NCBI GenBank assembly: GCA_964470005.1
Contig: CAYYAG010000001.1
Coordinates: 9,832-63,651, forward strand
Source: an uncultured Muribaculaceae bacterium
Lineage (GTDB): Bacteria > Cyanobacteriota > Vampirovibrionia > Gastranaerophilales > Gastranaerophilaceae
Direction: 5' to 3'
DNA length: 53,820 nt
Shown piece after piece: positions 8,745 through 18,850 of the stretch. Positions within the stretch are counted from its first letter, which is position 1. Each line of letters opens with the position of its first letter. The position numbers were made by a program, and so were the translations under genes. The notes beneath the pieces were generated by a model. The model was not told the DNA's origin and ran no database searches. It saw only the letters and a program-made list of their open reading frames with translations.

Positions 8745-9758
8745 TTAAGTCGTTGACCTTGACCCGAATCTCTCATTTATAGTATTAATAACCATATCAG
8801 GTGTCAAATCTTCCATACAGTCAGAAACCTTATGCTTGCAATACTTTTTACTGCCGGGCTGCAAGCAGCAGGGAGAGCATGAAAACTGACGCGATAATAT
8901 AATACTCTTTTCACTTCTTGGCTTCCATCTTAAAAGAGATGTAGGACCATGAAGAAGAATAGATGGAATATTAAGCGCTGCTGCCATATGTATAACTCCG
9001 GAATCTATTCCTATAACTATGTCCATATTTTTAACTAATGACATGGTTTCTGCAATAGAAAGTTTCCCGCACATATCAAGCGGAGTGATATCCAGATTAT
9101 CTTTAATCTGTTCCATAATATTAATATAGCCTTTTATATCCTTTTTACCGCCTACAAAAAATACCTGCGCCTTCATTTCATTAGACAAATATTTTATAAG
9201 CTCTGCCCAGTATTTATCAAGCCAATTCTTTTGAGGGATTCTGCTGAATGCCTGTATGAGAACTTTTCTGTTCGGAATACACGCTACAATTTCATGCGCT
9301 TTGGAATCATTTATTCTATCAAGCCATAATTCCGTTTTATCATTTTTAACCGGAATACCTGAAAGCCTTAACAAATCAAGATAACAGTCAATTTCATGTC
9401 TGTCTTCGTTATATTCAGATTTTAATGTCAAAAATTTATTACGCTTTACATCAAACCCTATACGCTTTTTAACACCGGCTAAAAAAGCAACTTTTGAAAA
9501 AAATTTATCGTTTTTCAGGAAATATACGGTATCATATTTCCTGAATAAAGTAATATAAGCCCATAAATTTCTATATTTACCGTCAATTAGAAAAATCCTG
9601 TTTATATAGGGACAATTTCTCATTACACCTTCTGCAATCTCATCAACAAGTATATCTATTTTTGCATCCGGCAATGCATATCTTAACTCTCTATAAAAAG
9701 CACTTGCAAAAATGCTGTCGCCAATTGTTCCGTATCTTATAACCAATATTTTTTCCAT
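8745..9758 (-). CDS. glycosyltransferase family 9 (LPS heptosyltransferase-like)
   Basis: GT9 layout: N-terminal ILVIRYG.IGD, central GGKKD, and C-terminal GIDSGV.H.AAAL..P. Confidence 0.8.
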   Translation of the reverse strand: MEKILVIRYGTIGDSIFASAFYRELRYALPDAKIDILVDEIAEGVMRNCPYINRIFLIDGKYRNLWAYITLFRKYDTVYFLKNDKFFSKVAFLAGVKKRIGFDVKRNKFLTLKSEYNEDRHEIDCYLDLLRLSGIPVKNDKTELWLDRINDSKAHEIVACIPNRKVLIQAFSRIPQKNWLDKYWAELIKYLSNEMKAQVFFVGGKKDIKGYINIMEQIKDNLDITPLDMCGKLSIAETMSLVKNMDIVIGIDSGVIHMAAALNIPSILLHGPTSLLRWKPRSEKSIILSRQFSCSPCCLQPGSKKYCKHKVSDCMEDLTPDMVINTINERFGSRSTT

Positions 9759-9941
9759 AATGAATTAATCTTAACATTTACAATTTTTTTTAGTATTAAC
9801 CACACGGCTAATATTATATATGATTATTTTTAATAATTCAACATTGAAATATTTTTACCCAAATCAAAGCAGTATTGCTTATATATGTGCAAAATAATAA
9901 CAAACAGAATATTTTATTATTAACTAAACTATAATTGAATA

Positions 9942-10148
9942 ATGAATGCCCGAAGTAAAATCAAATCTTTAATAGCGCTAAGATGTGTAACAATTACCAA
10001 GCTTGCACAAATGATGAGGGAAAAAACCTGTAAACCATATACATTTAAAAGCCTCACCGGAAAATTACAACGCGGAACTTTAACATTGGATGAAGCATAT
10101 ATTATAGCAGATCTTCTGGGATATAAACTTGAATTTATCGAAAAATAA
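9942..10148 (+). CDS. small HTH (XRE-like) DNA-binding protein, 68 aa
   Basis: ITKLAQMM...KLQRGTLTLDEAYIIADLLGYKLEF resembles short phage-repressor-like HTH proteins. Confidence 0.5.
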   Translation: MNARSKIKSLIALRCVTITKLAQMMREKTCKPYTFKSLTGKLQRGTLTLDEAYIIADLLGYKLEFIEK

Positions 10149-10236
10149 ATTTACTAAAAATTCTCTTTATTACTTTTTGTAAATCAGACACTACTTTTAA
10201 GCTTTTTTCTGTTAAAATTATAAAAAAAGGATATCC

Positions 10237-10704
10237 ATGGGACAGGTCTTAAGAAGAGAAAACATAGCAGAATTTGTCCGTAATATTCAAAAAAGCGGAA
10301 GGACTGTTGTTGCGACAAACGGCTGTTTTGATATTCTTCACGTGGGTCATGTAAGATATCTGCAAAAGTCAAAATCTTTCGGGGATTACTTAATTGTTCT
10401 TTTAAATTCTGATAAATCTGTCAGGCTAATCAAAGGCGAAGGGCGCCCTATTAACAATGAAAACGACCGCGCAGAACTGTTAACAGCATTGAACTGTGTT
10501 GATTATATAGTGCTGTTTGATGAAATGAGCCCCCGTGACCTTCTGGATGAAATAAAACCTGATGTTTATACAAAAGGTGCTGATTATTCTATGGATAACC
10601 TTCCTGAAGCAGATATAATGAAAAAAAACGGAATAAAGGTGGAATTTATTGACTTTGTTCCGGGGAAATCAACAACAAGTATGATAAATAAAATAAAGGA
10701 GTAG
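10237..10704 (+). CDS. hldC: D-glycero-beta-D-manno-heptose 1-phosphate adenylyltransferase (RfaE domain II type cytidylyltransferase fold)
   Basis: GCFDILHVGHVRYL nucleotidyltransferase motif. 155 aa. Adjacent to lpxD. Confidence 0.85.
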   Translation: MGQVLRRENIAEFVRNIQKSGRTVVATNGCFDILHVGHVRYLQKSKSFGDYLIVLLNSDKSVRLIKGEGRPINNENDRAELLTALNCVDYIVLFDEMSPRDLLDEIKPDVYTKGADYSMDNLPEADIMKKNGIKVEFIDFVPGKSTTSMINKIKE

Positions 10705-10707
10705 GAT

Positions 10708-11802
10708 ATGAAATCTTTTTCAGTAGAAGAAATTACAAAGATTGTAGACGGTATGCTGACAAAAGCTGCGGATGTTGAAATCACTCATATTGCCCCGCCG
10801 TTGTTAGCTGATGAAAAAACGCTGGCACTTGCACTTGGCGAAGACGAAATTGCAAATCTTTCAAAATCAAAAGCTAGAGCTGCACTTGTTCCGTTAGGGG
10901 TACAAATAGATAATTTAACTACTATAGAGGTTGAAAGACCCAGACTTGCTATGATGAAACTGTTAAATCTTTTTTATGTACCGCCAACAGTTAATAAAGA
11001 TGTCCACCCTACAGCAGTTGTTGATCCTACCGCAAAATTAGGCCAAAATGTGTCAATCGGACCGAATGTTGTTGTATGTGCTAACGCCGAAATAGGCGAC
11101 AACTCAAAAATTCTTGCCAATTCATATATCGGAAGCGGTGTAAAAATCGGGACAAACTGCTTTTTCCACCCGGGAGTAAATATCGGTGACAGGGTTAAAA
11201 TCGGAAATGACGTAATACTTCACCACGGTGTATCCCTTGGCGCAGACGGATTCAGTTTTGTAACCGAAAATCCTGATAATATTGAACAAGCCAGAAAAGA
11301 AGGTGAAATTAAAGAAGGTGCACAAACAAAACACGTAATTTTCAAAATACCTTCAATTGGCTCCGTTGAAATAGGAAACAATGTAGAAATTGGTGCCAAT
11401 ACCACAATTGACAGAGGAACTATTGAAAATACTACCATCGGCGATGATACAAAAATTGATGATCAGGTAATGATAGGCCACAATTGTAAAATAGGCAAAG
11501 GCTGCATGCTAATTTCCCAGGTCGGTATTGCAGGAAGCTGTATTATCGGTGACAGAGTAGTAATTGCAGGACAAGCCGGTCTCGCAGATCATATCCAAAT
11601 AGGTTCGGATACAATTATTGCCGCTAAAGCCGGTGTGACAAAATCTTTCCCTGAACGCTCCATTGTCGTGGGTATTCCTGCTGTTCCAAGAAAAGAATTC
11701 ATCAAACAGCTTAAAACAATGAAAGATGCTCAGGAAATTATCGCAAAATTCAGAAAATATGAACCAATGCTTACCGCGTTTGAAGAGGCACACAACGAAT
11801 AA
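10708..11802 (+). CDS. lpxD: UDP-3-O-acylglucosamine N-acyltransferase
   Basis: LpxD N-terminal domain followed by long left-handed beta-helix hexapeptide repeats. 364 aa. Confidence 0.9.
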   Translation: MKSFSVEEITKIVDGMLTKAADVEITHIAPPLLADEKTLALALGEDEIANLSKSKARAALVPLGVQIDNLTTIEVERPRLAMMKLLNLFYVPPTVNKDVHPTAVVDPTAKLGQNVSIGPNVVVCANAEIGDNSKILANSYIGSGVKIGTNCFFHPGVNIGDRVKIGNDVILHHGVSLGADGFSFVTENPDNIEQARKEGEIKEGAQTKHVIFKIPSIGSVEIGNNVEIGANTTIDRGTIENTTIGDDTKIDDQVMIGHNCKIGKGCMLISQVGIAGSCIIGDRVVIAGQAGLADHIQIGSDTIIAAKAGVTKSFPERSIVVGIPAVPRKEFIKQLKTMKDAQEIIAKFRKYEPMLTAFEEAHNE

Positions 11803-12611
11803 TGGGAACACTTAAAAAACAAGCAGAAATAACAGGAAACGGTTTGATGAAGAACAAACCGTGCAAGGTAACTTTTTTCCCATCAAATGAAGGGAAAATA
11901 AGATACTTTGTAAAAGGTCAGGAAGCTTTTACAGCCGACATAGACAACCTGATTTCAACAGATCACTGTGTAACACTGGGTAACAAAAAAGCTAAAGTAA
12001 TTCTGGAGGAACACCTTTCTGCTGCAATGGCATTCTGCGGCATAGATTCGGTTGATATATGTATGGATGAAAATGAAGTTCCCGCACTTGACGGAAGCGC
12101 AAAAGGCTGGGTGGAACTTTTTAAACAGGCAGGGATTGAAAAATCCAAACCAAAATATTATACGGTATCTGAACCCATTTACTACTTAAACGGAAAAACC
12201 AGTATGGTAATACTTCCTGATAAAGAATTGTTTATTTCTTATGCGGTAAACTATAATCATCCGGATTTGACAAGACGCTGGGTAAATTATAACCCTAAAA
12301 ACCCGACTGAAATAATCGAAGCAAGAACATTCGGATTTTATAAAGACCTGAAAAAATTCCAGATGCTAGGATTTGCACAAGGTGTAACTCAGGAAAATAC
12401 GGTTGGATTAACAGATAATGGTTATACAACAGAACTTAGATCTGAAAATGAACCTGTAAAGCATAAAATTCTTGATGTTATTGGTGATTTATATTTAACA
12501 GGTGTAAATCCTCTTAACTTGAGAGCACAAATTCTTGTAAAAGAAGCAGGACACGCAGTACATTTAAAAGTGGCAAAAACTTTAAAAGAGAGATTAATAG
12601 AAACAAAATAA
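11802..12611 (+). CDS. lpxC: UDP-3-O-acyl-N-acetylglucosamine deacetylase
   Basis: [12 protein letters not shown] motif and EHLSAA motif. The start overlaps the lpxD stop (TAATG). Confidence 0.9.
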   Translation: MGTLKKQAEITGNGLMKNKPCKVTFFPSNEGKIRYFVKGQEAFTADIDNLISTDHCVTLGNKKAKVILEEHLSAAMAFCGIDSVDICMDENEVPALDGSAKGWVELFKQAGIEKSKPKYYTVSEPIYYLNGKTSMVILPDKELFISYAVNYNHPDLTRRWVNYNPKNPTEIIEARTFGFYKDLKKFQMLGFAQGVTQENTVGLTDNGYTTELRSENEPVKHKILDVIGDLYLTGVNPLNLRAQILVKEAGHAVHLKVAKTLKERLIETK

Positions 12612-12621
12612 GGAGAAAATT

Positions 12622-13062
12622 ATGACAGAAGAAGTATTAAGTTTTGATATCATGGAAATTATGGAAATGATTCCGCACAGATATCCGTTTTTGCTTGTTG
12701 ACAAAATTACAGAATGTGTGCCCGGAAAATACGCAAAGGGGTACAAAAACATGACCATGAATGAAGGATTTTTCCAGGGACATTTCCCGGGGAACCCTAT
12801 AATGCCGGGTGTTCTACAATTGGAAGCGCTTGCTCAATGCTCCGCTCCAATTCTGTTAAAAATGCCTGAATTCAACGGGAAATTAGCACTTTATGCCGGA
12901 GTTGAAAATGCACGTTTTAAAAATATTGTACGACCGGGTGACAAGTTTGAAATGGAAATAGAACTTTTAAAAATTAAAGGACCGGTTTGTAAGGCTCACG
13001 GAATCGGAAAAGTTGACGGTAAAATTGCTGTCGAGGCCGATATGACATTTGCTTTAAAATAA
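12622..13062 (+). CDS. fabZ: 3-hydroxyacyl-ACP dehydratase FabZ
   Basis: [12 protein letters not shown] and [13 protein letters not shown] hot-dog active-site motifs. Confidence 0.95.
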   Translation: MTEEVLSFDIMEIMEMIPHRYPFLLVDKITECVPGKYAKGYKNMTMNEGFFQGHFPGNPIMPGVLQLEALAQCSAPILLKMPEFNGKLALYAGVENARFKNIVRPGDKFEMEIELLKIKGPVCKAHGIGKVDGKIAVEADMTFALK

Positions 13063-13068
13063 TTTTAT

Positions 13069-13099
13069 AAAGACTTCCTTGTTGGAAGTCTTTATTTTT
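13069..13099 (+). terminator. rho-independent terminator after fabZ
   Basis: AGACTTCC (13071-13078) pairs with GGAAGTCT (13083-13090), followed by TTATTTTT. Confidence 0.75.
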
Positions 13100-13146
13100 G
13101 TAGTAAAATATAAATGTGTACACTAATAAGAAGGAAGAAGAAATTT

Positions 13147-14829
13147 ATGAAAACACTTTCACCATTACAAATCGAAAGGTTAAAATACCAGCCGAAACTC
13201 CCTGCAAGCCTTGCTTTGGGAATAAACAGCCTTGAACTTGCGGAAGGATCTGCAACTCAATCAGTAAGAGATCAGGAACAAATACAAAATCTATTTAAAA
13301 ACACATACGGAAAACCCGTTGTAACTTTCAAAAATTCAATTTCAATGACCACATCAGAACAAAGAAATGTGGGTGTAATTCTTTCCGGCGGCCAGGCACC
13401 CGGAGGACACAACGTAATTGCAGGTCTTTATGATGCTTTAAAACAGGCCAATTCCTCAAATAAATTATACGGATTTTTAGGCGGCCCTTCCGGAATTATT
13501 GACGGAAAATACATTGAATTTACAGATGAATTTATTGACAAATACAGAAACACCGGTGGTTTTGACATTATAGGATCAGGCAGAACAAAACTTGAAACCG
13601 AAGAACAGTTCCAAAAATCACTTGAAGTTTGTAAAAAACTAAACATATCTGCTGTTGTAATCATAGGCGGTGATGATTCAAACACAAATGCTGCACTTTT
13701 AGCAGAATGGTTTGTAAAAAATAACGCAGGTATTCAGGTTATTGGGTGTCCTAAAACCATTGACGGTGACTTAAAAAATGACCAGATTGAAATTTCATTT
13801 GGTTTTGATACTGCAACCAAAACATACGCTGAACTTATCGGTAATATTCAACGCGATGCCAATTCAGCTAAAAAATACTGGCACTTTATTAAAATTATGG
13901 GCAGAAGCGCATCACACGTTGCTTTAGAAGCTGCGTTGCAAACGCAGCCGAATATTACTTTGATTTCGGAAGAAGTTGAAGAAAAGAAAATGTCCCTGGA
14001 ACAAATTGTTAATTATATAACAAATATAATCGTAAAACGCGCAGACATAGGCAAAAACTTCGGTATTGCAATTATTCCGGAAGGCTTAATTGAATTTATA
14101 CCGGAGATGAAATCCATGATTGCTAACCTTAATGATATTATGCCATCATTGGAAAGTGATCCGAGTTTTGTAAATGCAACAACTCTTCGAGAAAAATTTG
14201 ACGTTGTTGAGAACAGACTTGATACTGATAATGCAAAAGTCTACAACTCACTACCTGTATTAATCAAGGGACAACTTTTAGCAGACAGAGATCCTCACGG
14301 AAATGTTCAGGTATCAAAAATTGAAACCGAAAAATTATTAATCGAAATGATTACAACAAGACTGGATGAATTGAGATCTCAAGGTGAGTATATAGGTAAA
14401 TTCTCTCCGCAGTCACACTTTTTCGGGTATGAAGGAAGATGTGCATTCCCGTCAAACTTTGACGCAGATTATTGCTATTCATTAGGCTTTAACGCATTTG
14501 CCTTAATCAACTTTGGCCTGACAGGATACCTGTCCTCCGTAAGAAATCTCACAGCCCCGGCAGATGAATGGATTGCAGGCGGAGTACCTCTTACAATGAT
14601 GATGAATATGGAAAAACGTCACGGTGAAATGAAACCGGTTATACAAAAAGCACTCGTAAAACTTGACGGCTCTGTATTCAAAGCATTAGAAGAAAATAGG
14701 GAAGACTGGGCAATGAATGACAGATATTTATTCCCTGGTGCAGTTCAATATTTTGGACCATCATGTGTTTGCGATGTAACTACCTGTACATTGCAGCTTG
14801 AACGCTCAAAATCATTAGTTAATGCATAA
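13147..14829 (+). CDS. pfp: diphosphate--fructose-6-phosphate 1-phosphotransferase (PPi-dependent PFK, long form)
   Basis: PFK family with GGDDSN (Asp instead of the Gly of ATP-PFK) and PKTIDGD (Lys), both diagnostic of PPi dependence. Also MGR. Start taken at the in-frame ATG 13147. Confidence 0.9.
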   Translation: MKTLSPLQIERLKYQPKLPASLALGINSLELAEGSATQSVRDQEQIQNLFKNTYGKPVVTFKNSISMTTSEQRNVGVILSGGQAPGGHNVIAGLYDALKQANSSNKLYGFLGGPSGIIDGKYIEFTDEFIDKYRNTGGFDIIGSGRTKLETEEQFQKSLEVCKKLNISAVVIIGGDDSNTNAALLAEWFVKNNAGIQVIGCPKTIDGDLKNDQIEISFGFDTATKTYAELIGNIQRDANSAKKYWHFIKIMGRSASHVALEAALQTQPNITLISEEVEEKKMSLEQIVNYITNIIVKRADIGKNFGIAIIPEGLIEFIPEMKSMIANLNDIMPSLESDPSFVNATTLREKFDVVENRLDTDNAKVYNSLPVLIKGQLLADRDPHGNVQVSKIETEKLLIEMITTRLDELRSQGEYIGKFSPQSHFFGYEGRCAFPSNFDADYCYSLGFNAFALINFGLTGYLSSVRNLTAPADEWIAGGVPLTMMMNMEKRHGEMKPVIQKALVKLDGSVFKALEENREDWAMNDRYLFPGAVQYFGPSCVCDVTTCTLQLERSKSLVNA

Positions 14830-14859
14830 AAAGGAGAGGTAATACCTCTCCTTTTTGTT
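14829..14859 (+). terminator. rho-independent terminator after pfp
   Basis: AGGAGAGG (14832-14839) pairs with CCTCTCCT (14845-14852), followed by TTTTTG. Confidence 0.8.
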
Positions 14860-15022
14860 TCAACATATATTTATCATTTGTACCACCCCAGTGCAAAATT
14901 TATTTAGAGTTTCAAAATCACTCTCTTGCGTCCTTATAATAAGCACCGTATACCTGTTATTTTGATAACATCAAGACCGTCCCTCTTTTTTACATAATCG
15001 TTCTGAAAATAACCAGTTATTG

Positions 15023-15343
15023 TTACTTTTGCAAAAACTTAGAGAATTCTTGTTTCATTTTGTATTCTTTTGCAAGCTTTTTAAAAGCTTTTTCTTCCGG
15101 TGTTTTTATTCGCAATTTATTCAAAAACCAAATCTTTGCCATTTTTAAGCCATAAGAAGAAAACAAAGGCACCTTGATTTGAGGAGAATTAGCTTTTACG
15201 GCATCATCAAAATGATTAACAGCCACTTTTGCATAATCTATGCTTGCTTTTTTATATCCTTTGAAATCACCTTTTACAACAGAAAAAACCATATCAGTTT
15301 TTAATGAAGACAATTGTTGCATTATAGGGGTTACTTTCGACAT
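15023..15343 (-). CDS. hypothetical protein, 106 aa, basic
   Basis: ORF with an AAGGAG RBS and an upstream TTGACA-17-TAGTAT promoter on the minus strand. No family recognised. Confidence 0.6.
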   Translation of the reverse strand: MSKVTPIMQQLSSLKTDMVFSVVKGDFKGYKKASIDYAKVAVNHFDDAVKANSPQIKVPLFSSYGLKMAKIWFLNKLRIKTPEEKAFKKLAKEYKMKQEFSKFLQK

Positions 15344-15426
15344 AAAAATTCTCCTTAGAAATCAATACTAACATCGGACAATCATTTTGTCAATGTAACT
15401 TAATGTAAAATATTTTTAAAAAATAC

Positions 15427-15454
15427 TAAAAGTTCCGCAAAAAAATGCCGATTA
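15427..15454 (+). promoter_or_regulatory. second sigma-28-like promoter motif (TAAA-N16-GCCGATTA)
   Basis: TAAA at 15427-15430 and GCCGATTA at 15447-15454, with the same 16-nt spacing as the site at 152-179. Lies 27 nt upstream of ATG 15481. Confidence 0.5.
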
Positions 15455-15480
15455 AAAAAGTATCACTAAGGAGCTTAATT

Positions 15481-15645
15481 ATGACAAAACCGCTTAAACC
15501 GGTTACGAACGGAACAATAGGTAGTATAATCCAAAAACTTGATAAAAAACTTCCGGAAAATAATCCGAGTATTTTTATAAGTTCTCAAGATACTGACGAG
15601 ACAGCAATTCCAAGCGATTTCATATTCAAACAGTTATATACTTAA
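15481..15645 (+). CDS. hypothetical small protein, 54 aa
   Basis: In-frame ATG 15481 is preceded by an AAGGAG RBS. The track's start at 15445 lies inside the putative -10 box. Its stop overlaps the convergent aminopeptidase stop (TTAA 15642-15645). Confidence 0.45.
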   Translation: MTKPLKPVTNGTIGSIIQKLDKKLPENNPSIFISSQDTDETAIPSDFIFKQLYT

Positions 15646-16748
15646 ATAATAAATTTGCCGTTTTCATAAATAAGCATGTCATCTGCATAAATTTTGCCGC
15701 CGTTTTTCATATTTTTGATTAAATCCCAGTGAAGTCCGGAAACATTTTTTCCGCCTGTTTCAGGATATGAAGCGCCGACCGCCATATGGATTGCGCCTCC
15801 GATTTTTTCATCAAAAAGAATATTGCCCGTAATCTCCTGAATCATGTCATTAGTTCCAACAGCAATTTCGCCAATTCCACGGGAACCTTCATCCATATCA
15901 AGCATTGCGTGTAAGAATTCTTCACCCTTATCAGCAGTCGCTTTTATAACTTTTCCGTTTTCAATCCACAGGTGAACCCCTTGTGCTTCATTTCCGCGAT
16001 AGTTTTGCGGATAATCAAAGTAAATTTCACCATTAATTCCGTCTTCTACAGGAGATGTAAATACTTCTCCATCAGGATAATTATTTAACCCTGAACAGCT
16101 AATCCATTTTCTTCCCTCAACATTGAAGGTAATATCTGTTTTGTCACCTGTAATATGTAATTGCTTAACATTATTCAAATAATTTGCCCATTTTGTTTGT
16201 TTTTCATCTAATTCTTTAAGCTTTTCCACAGGATTTTCCAAATTTAAGTAGCACGAATTAAACAAAAATTCAGAATATTCGTCAAAAGACATGCCGGCTT
16301 CCTGAGCAAGTGCATGGGTCGGGACATCACAAATAACCCATTTGGCAGAACCTTCAGCAGAACGTTTCATCAAAAGCTCCGATAAAACTTTTGTTGCTTT
16401 CCCGCGACGTGCAAGTTTTTCTAAGTTTACACGTTTCATACTTTTTGTATTCAAGGGGCTGCCAATAGAGATAAATTTATCGACTGTTTCATATTCAAGT
16501 CTTGAAATCGGATCAACATAATCCAATTGTTCATCAGATGCGTATTTTATGAACATTTCGGCCATATCACCTAGCCCCGTCCTCACCAGCGGATTTCCTC
16601 CACGTTCTAAAACACGCTTATAAACAGCTCTTACAAGCTCTTTTGCATAAATGCTTTCAGATCTGATTTCAACCAAATCGCCTTTTTGCACATCTACTGA
16701 ATAATCCACAAGAACTTCGGCATACTTTTCCCAAACGGATTTATTCAT
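15642..16748 (-). CDS. aminopeptidase, M29 (AmpS/PepS) family
   Basis: Full-length similarity to thermophilic metalloprotease M29 aminopeptidases (EIAVGTN, GGAIHMAVG motifs). 368 aa. Confidence 0.85.
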   Translation of the reverse strand: MNKSVWEKYAEVLVDYSVDVQKGDLVEIRSESIYAKELVRAVYKRVLERGGNPLVRTGLGDMAEMFIKYASDEQLDYVDPISRLEYETVDKFISIGSPLNTKSMKRVNLEKLARRGKATKVLSELLMKRSAEGSAKWVICDVPTHALAQEAGMSFDEYSEFLFNSCYLNLENPVEKLKELDEKQTKWANYLNNVKQLHITGDKTDITFNVEGRKWISCSGLNNYPDGEVFTSPVEDGINGEIYFDYPQNYRGNEAQGVHLWIENGKVIKATADKGEEFLHAMLDMDEGSRGIGEIAVGTNDMIQEITGNILFDEKIGGAIHMAVGASYPETGGKNVSGLHWDLIKNMKNGGKIYADDMLIYENGKFII

Positions 16749-17556
16749 CTTCGCCGCCTTCTAATGATTGATAGCCGTGTTTATGAGATTTTAACAACAC
16801 ACCGCGTTTTGAAGTTTGTATAAATTCAATCATCTTCTCAATATATTCATTCATCGGAATTTCAGCTTTAATCTTTTCAATTGCCTGAGTTGTATTTAAT
16901 TCTTCGGAAATAAGAAGTTTGAACGCTTCATTTGTAGCTGTTCTGACTTCTTGAGGAACACCGCGGCGTTTCATAGCAATAACATTAAGTCCGCGCGGCA
17001 CAGGCGGACGTCCTTCACCTTTTGAATACGGCAGAATATCCTGACGTGAAGCAGAAAAACCTGAAATTATTGCCATATCACCAATTCTGATATTTTGATG
17101 GAATACGCTCATACCACCAACAAATGCACCAAACCCGACATGCACATGCCCGCCTAATGTTACAAGGTTAGCCAAAATAACCTGATCTGCAAGAACACAA
17201 TTATGCGCGATATGCGACCCTACCATCAATAAACATTTGTTACCTATTCTGGTCGTAAAATCACCGCATGCAGCACCCCTGTGAATCGTTACATTCTCTT
17301 TTATGATAGTATCATCACCTATTACAACTTTAGTTGCTTCACCTTTATAGCCCAAATCCTGAGGCTCTGAACCAATTGTTGCAAACGGTGAAATAGTACA
17401 GCGTTCACCAATTTCAGAATGTTCAATGTATGCATTTGCTATAACTCTTGTTTTGCTTCCGATTTTTACGTTTTCACCAATTACAACGTAAGGACCGATG
17501 ATTGCATCCTCTGCGATTTGTGCCGAAGGGTGAATAACTGCTGTTTTATCTATCAT
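16741..17556 (-). CDS. lpxA: acyl-ACP--UDP-N-acetylglucosamine O-acyltransferase
   Basis: Hexapeptide-repeat beta-helix plus a C-terminal helical domain with GLNVIAMKRRG. 271 aa. Confidence 0.9.
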   Translation of the reverse strand: MIDKTAVIHPSAQIAEDAIIGPYVVIGENVKIGSKTRVIANAYIEHSEIGERCTISPFATIGSEPQDLGYKGEATKVVIGDDTIIKENVTIHRGAACGDFTTRIGNKCLLMVGSHIAHNCVLADQVILANLVTLGGHVHVGFGAFVGGMSVFHQNIRIGDMAIISGFSASRQDILPYSKGEGRPPVPRGLNVIAMKRRGVPQEVRTATNEAFKLLISEELNTTQAIEKIKAEIPMNEYIEKMIEFIQTSKRGVLLKSHKHGYQSLEGGEDE

Positions 17557-17713
17557 ATTTAACTCTCCATCTAATATCTACGATAAATTAATTATATTAT
17601 AAACCTGTCACTCTCTCAATATTTTAATATTATCTTAATCTCAAAATCCTATAATCTTTTAATTTAATATTTTTGTCATAAAATAGAATTATAAAATCTA
17701 AGAAGGGGAAATT

Positions 17714-18655
17714 ATGAATAGAATTGGAATTGATGTTGGCGGAACTAATGTTAAAATAGCACTTGTAGATGACAAAGGAAGTATTTTGTATTCAAACTCT
17801 GTCCCGACCCGTGCGGAAATGGGTTATCAATATACTGTCAATAACATAAAACAGGCAATAAAAGATTTAATATCCGAGACAAAAGTTTCAAATATAGAAG
17901 GCATCGGATTTGATTTTCCCGGACAAATAGACTACAAAAACGGTATAGTAAGACTTGCACCAAATATTCCAGGGTGGGTTAATATTCCTATTGCAAAAAT
18001 TATTGAAGATGAATTTCAAATACCTACAAAAATTGATAACGATGTACATTGCGCAGCACTCGGAGAATTAAATTTCGGAGCAGGAAAAGGCTGTGAAAAC
18101 TTCATATGTATGACGGTTGGAACAGGGATAGGTTCAGGTATTGTAATCAACGGAAAGCTTGTTAGAGGTGCTTCAAACGCAGCAGGAGAATTGGGACATA
18201 TAAAACTCCAAATGCATGAAGGTCCGCTATGCGGATGCGGAGACTTTGGCTGTCTTGAAGCTTTTGCTTCAGGGCCGTCAATTGTTGCAATGGCTGAAGA
18301 ATATATAATGGGCGGTAAAGCAACAAAATACCGTGAAATTGCTAATGGAAGTGAAATAACACCTTTTGTTGTTGCCGAAGCCGCAAAACAAGGTGATCCT
18401 GTTGCAAGAAAAATTTTCACAAGAGTAGGTGAATATATAGGATTTGGTCTTTCAAGTATTGTAAACTTGTTAAATCCGGAAAAAATCATTATCGGAGGCG
18501 GCGTTGCTGATGCCGGTAATATTTTGCTTGATCCTATAAGAGAAACTATCAAAAAACGCTCTATGGCTGTTGCAGGTTCAGCAGTTGAAGTTGTTCCTGC
18601 AGAATTAGGCAACACGGCAGGCGTTATCGGCGCAAGCTTGCTAATTGAAAGTTAA
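17714..18655 (+). CDS. ROK-family glucokinase
   Basis: GIDVGGTNVK ATP motif and the ROK zinc motif HIK...CGCGDFGCLE. Confidence 0.9.
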   Translation: MNRIGIDVGGTNVKIALVDDKGSILYSNSVPTRAEMGYQYTVNNIKQAIKDLISETKVSNIEGIGFDFPGQIDYKNGIVRLAPNIPGWVNIPIAKIIEDEFQIPTKIDNDVHCAALGELNFGAGKGCENFICMTVGTGIGSGIVINGKLVRGASNAAGELGHIKLQMHEGPLCGCGDFGCLEAFASGPSIVAMAEEYIMGGKATKYREIANGSEITPFVVAEAAKQGDPVARKIFTRVGEYIGFGLSSIVNLLNPEKIIIGGGVADAGNILLDPIRETIKKRSMAVAGSAVEVVPAELGNTAGVIGASLLIES

Positions 18656-18684
18656 AAAAGAGTGCGATTATACCGCACTCTTTT
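18654..18684. terminator. bidirectional rho-independent terminator hairpin
   Basis: AAAAGAGTGCG (18656-18666) pairs with CGCACTCTTTT (18674-18684). Flanked by an A-run on one side and a T-run on the other, so it can work on both strands. Confidence 0.75.
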
Positions 18685-18850
18685 GGTTGGTTATTGTTAG
18701 GGCTCATGCAGTCCCTGACCCAACCGACGGTGTCGTTGTAAGCTGCTTAACGGGTTTCCGCAGCCGTTGGCTGGAATTTTATCCCAAAGCAGCCGCCGCG
18801 TATGTTGCATGTCCCAGCATATCCGGGATTGATTCGGACCAGACACCGTT
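18685..18850. ncRNA. unassigned GC-rich structured element (candidate ncRNA or structured hsp20 3' UTR)
   Basis: A sharp GC-rich island between convergent genes. Nested complementary segments: 18685-90/18720-25, 18699-702/18713-16, 18727-34/18842-49, 18742-48/18787-93, 18749-53/18764-68. I could not recognise any family motif. Confidence 0.45.

Noticed and set aside
18016-18615. 199-aa ORF antisense to the ROK glucokinase gene
   Set aside because: It lies entirely inside a confidently identified gene on the opposite strand. The sequence is low-complexity and Pro/Ser/Ala-rich, with no RBS. This is a typical shadow ORF of a locally GC-richer coding region.
18685-18850. Identification of the structured element as SRP RNA, 6S RNA or tmRNA
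   Set aside because: The element contains AAGCAGC and a GGAA. It lacks the conserved SRP helix-8 context (GGUCCGGAAGGAAGCAGC), and the GGAA is not closed as a tetraloop. There is no tRNA-like 3' end or tag ORF for tmRNA. There is no long end-to-end helix with a central bubble for 6S. It is left unassigned.
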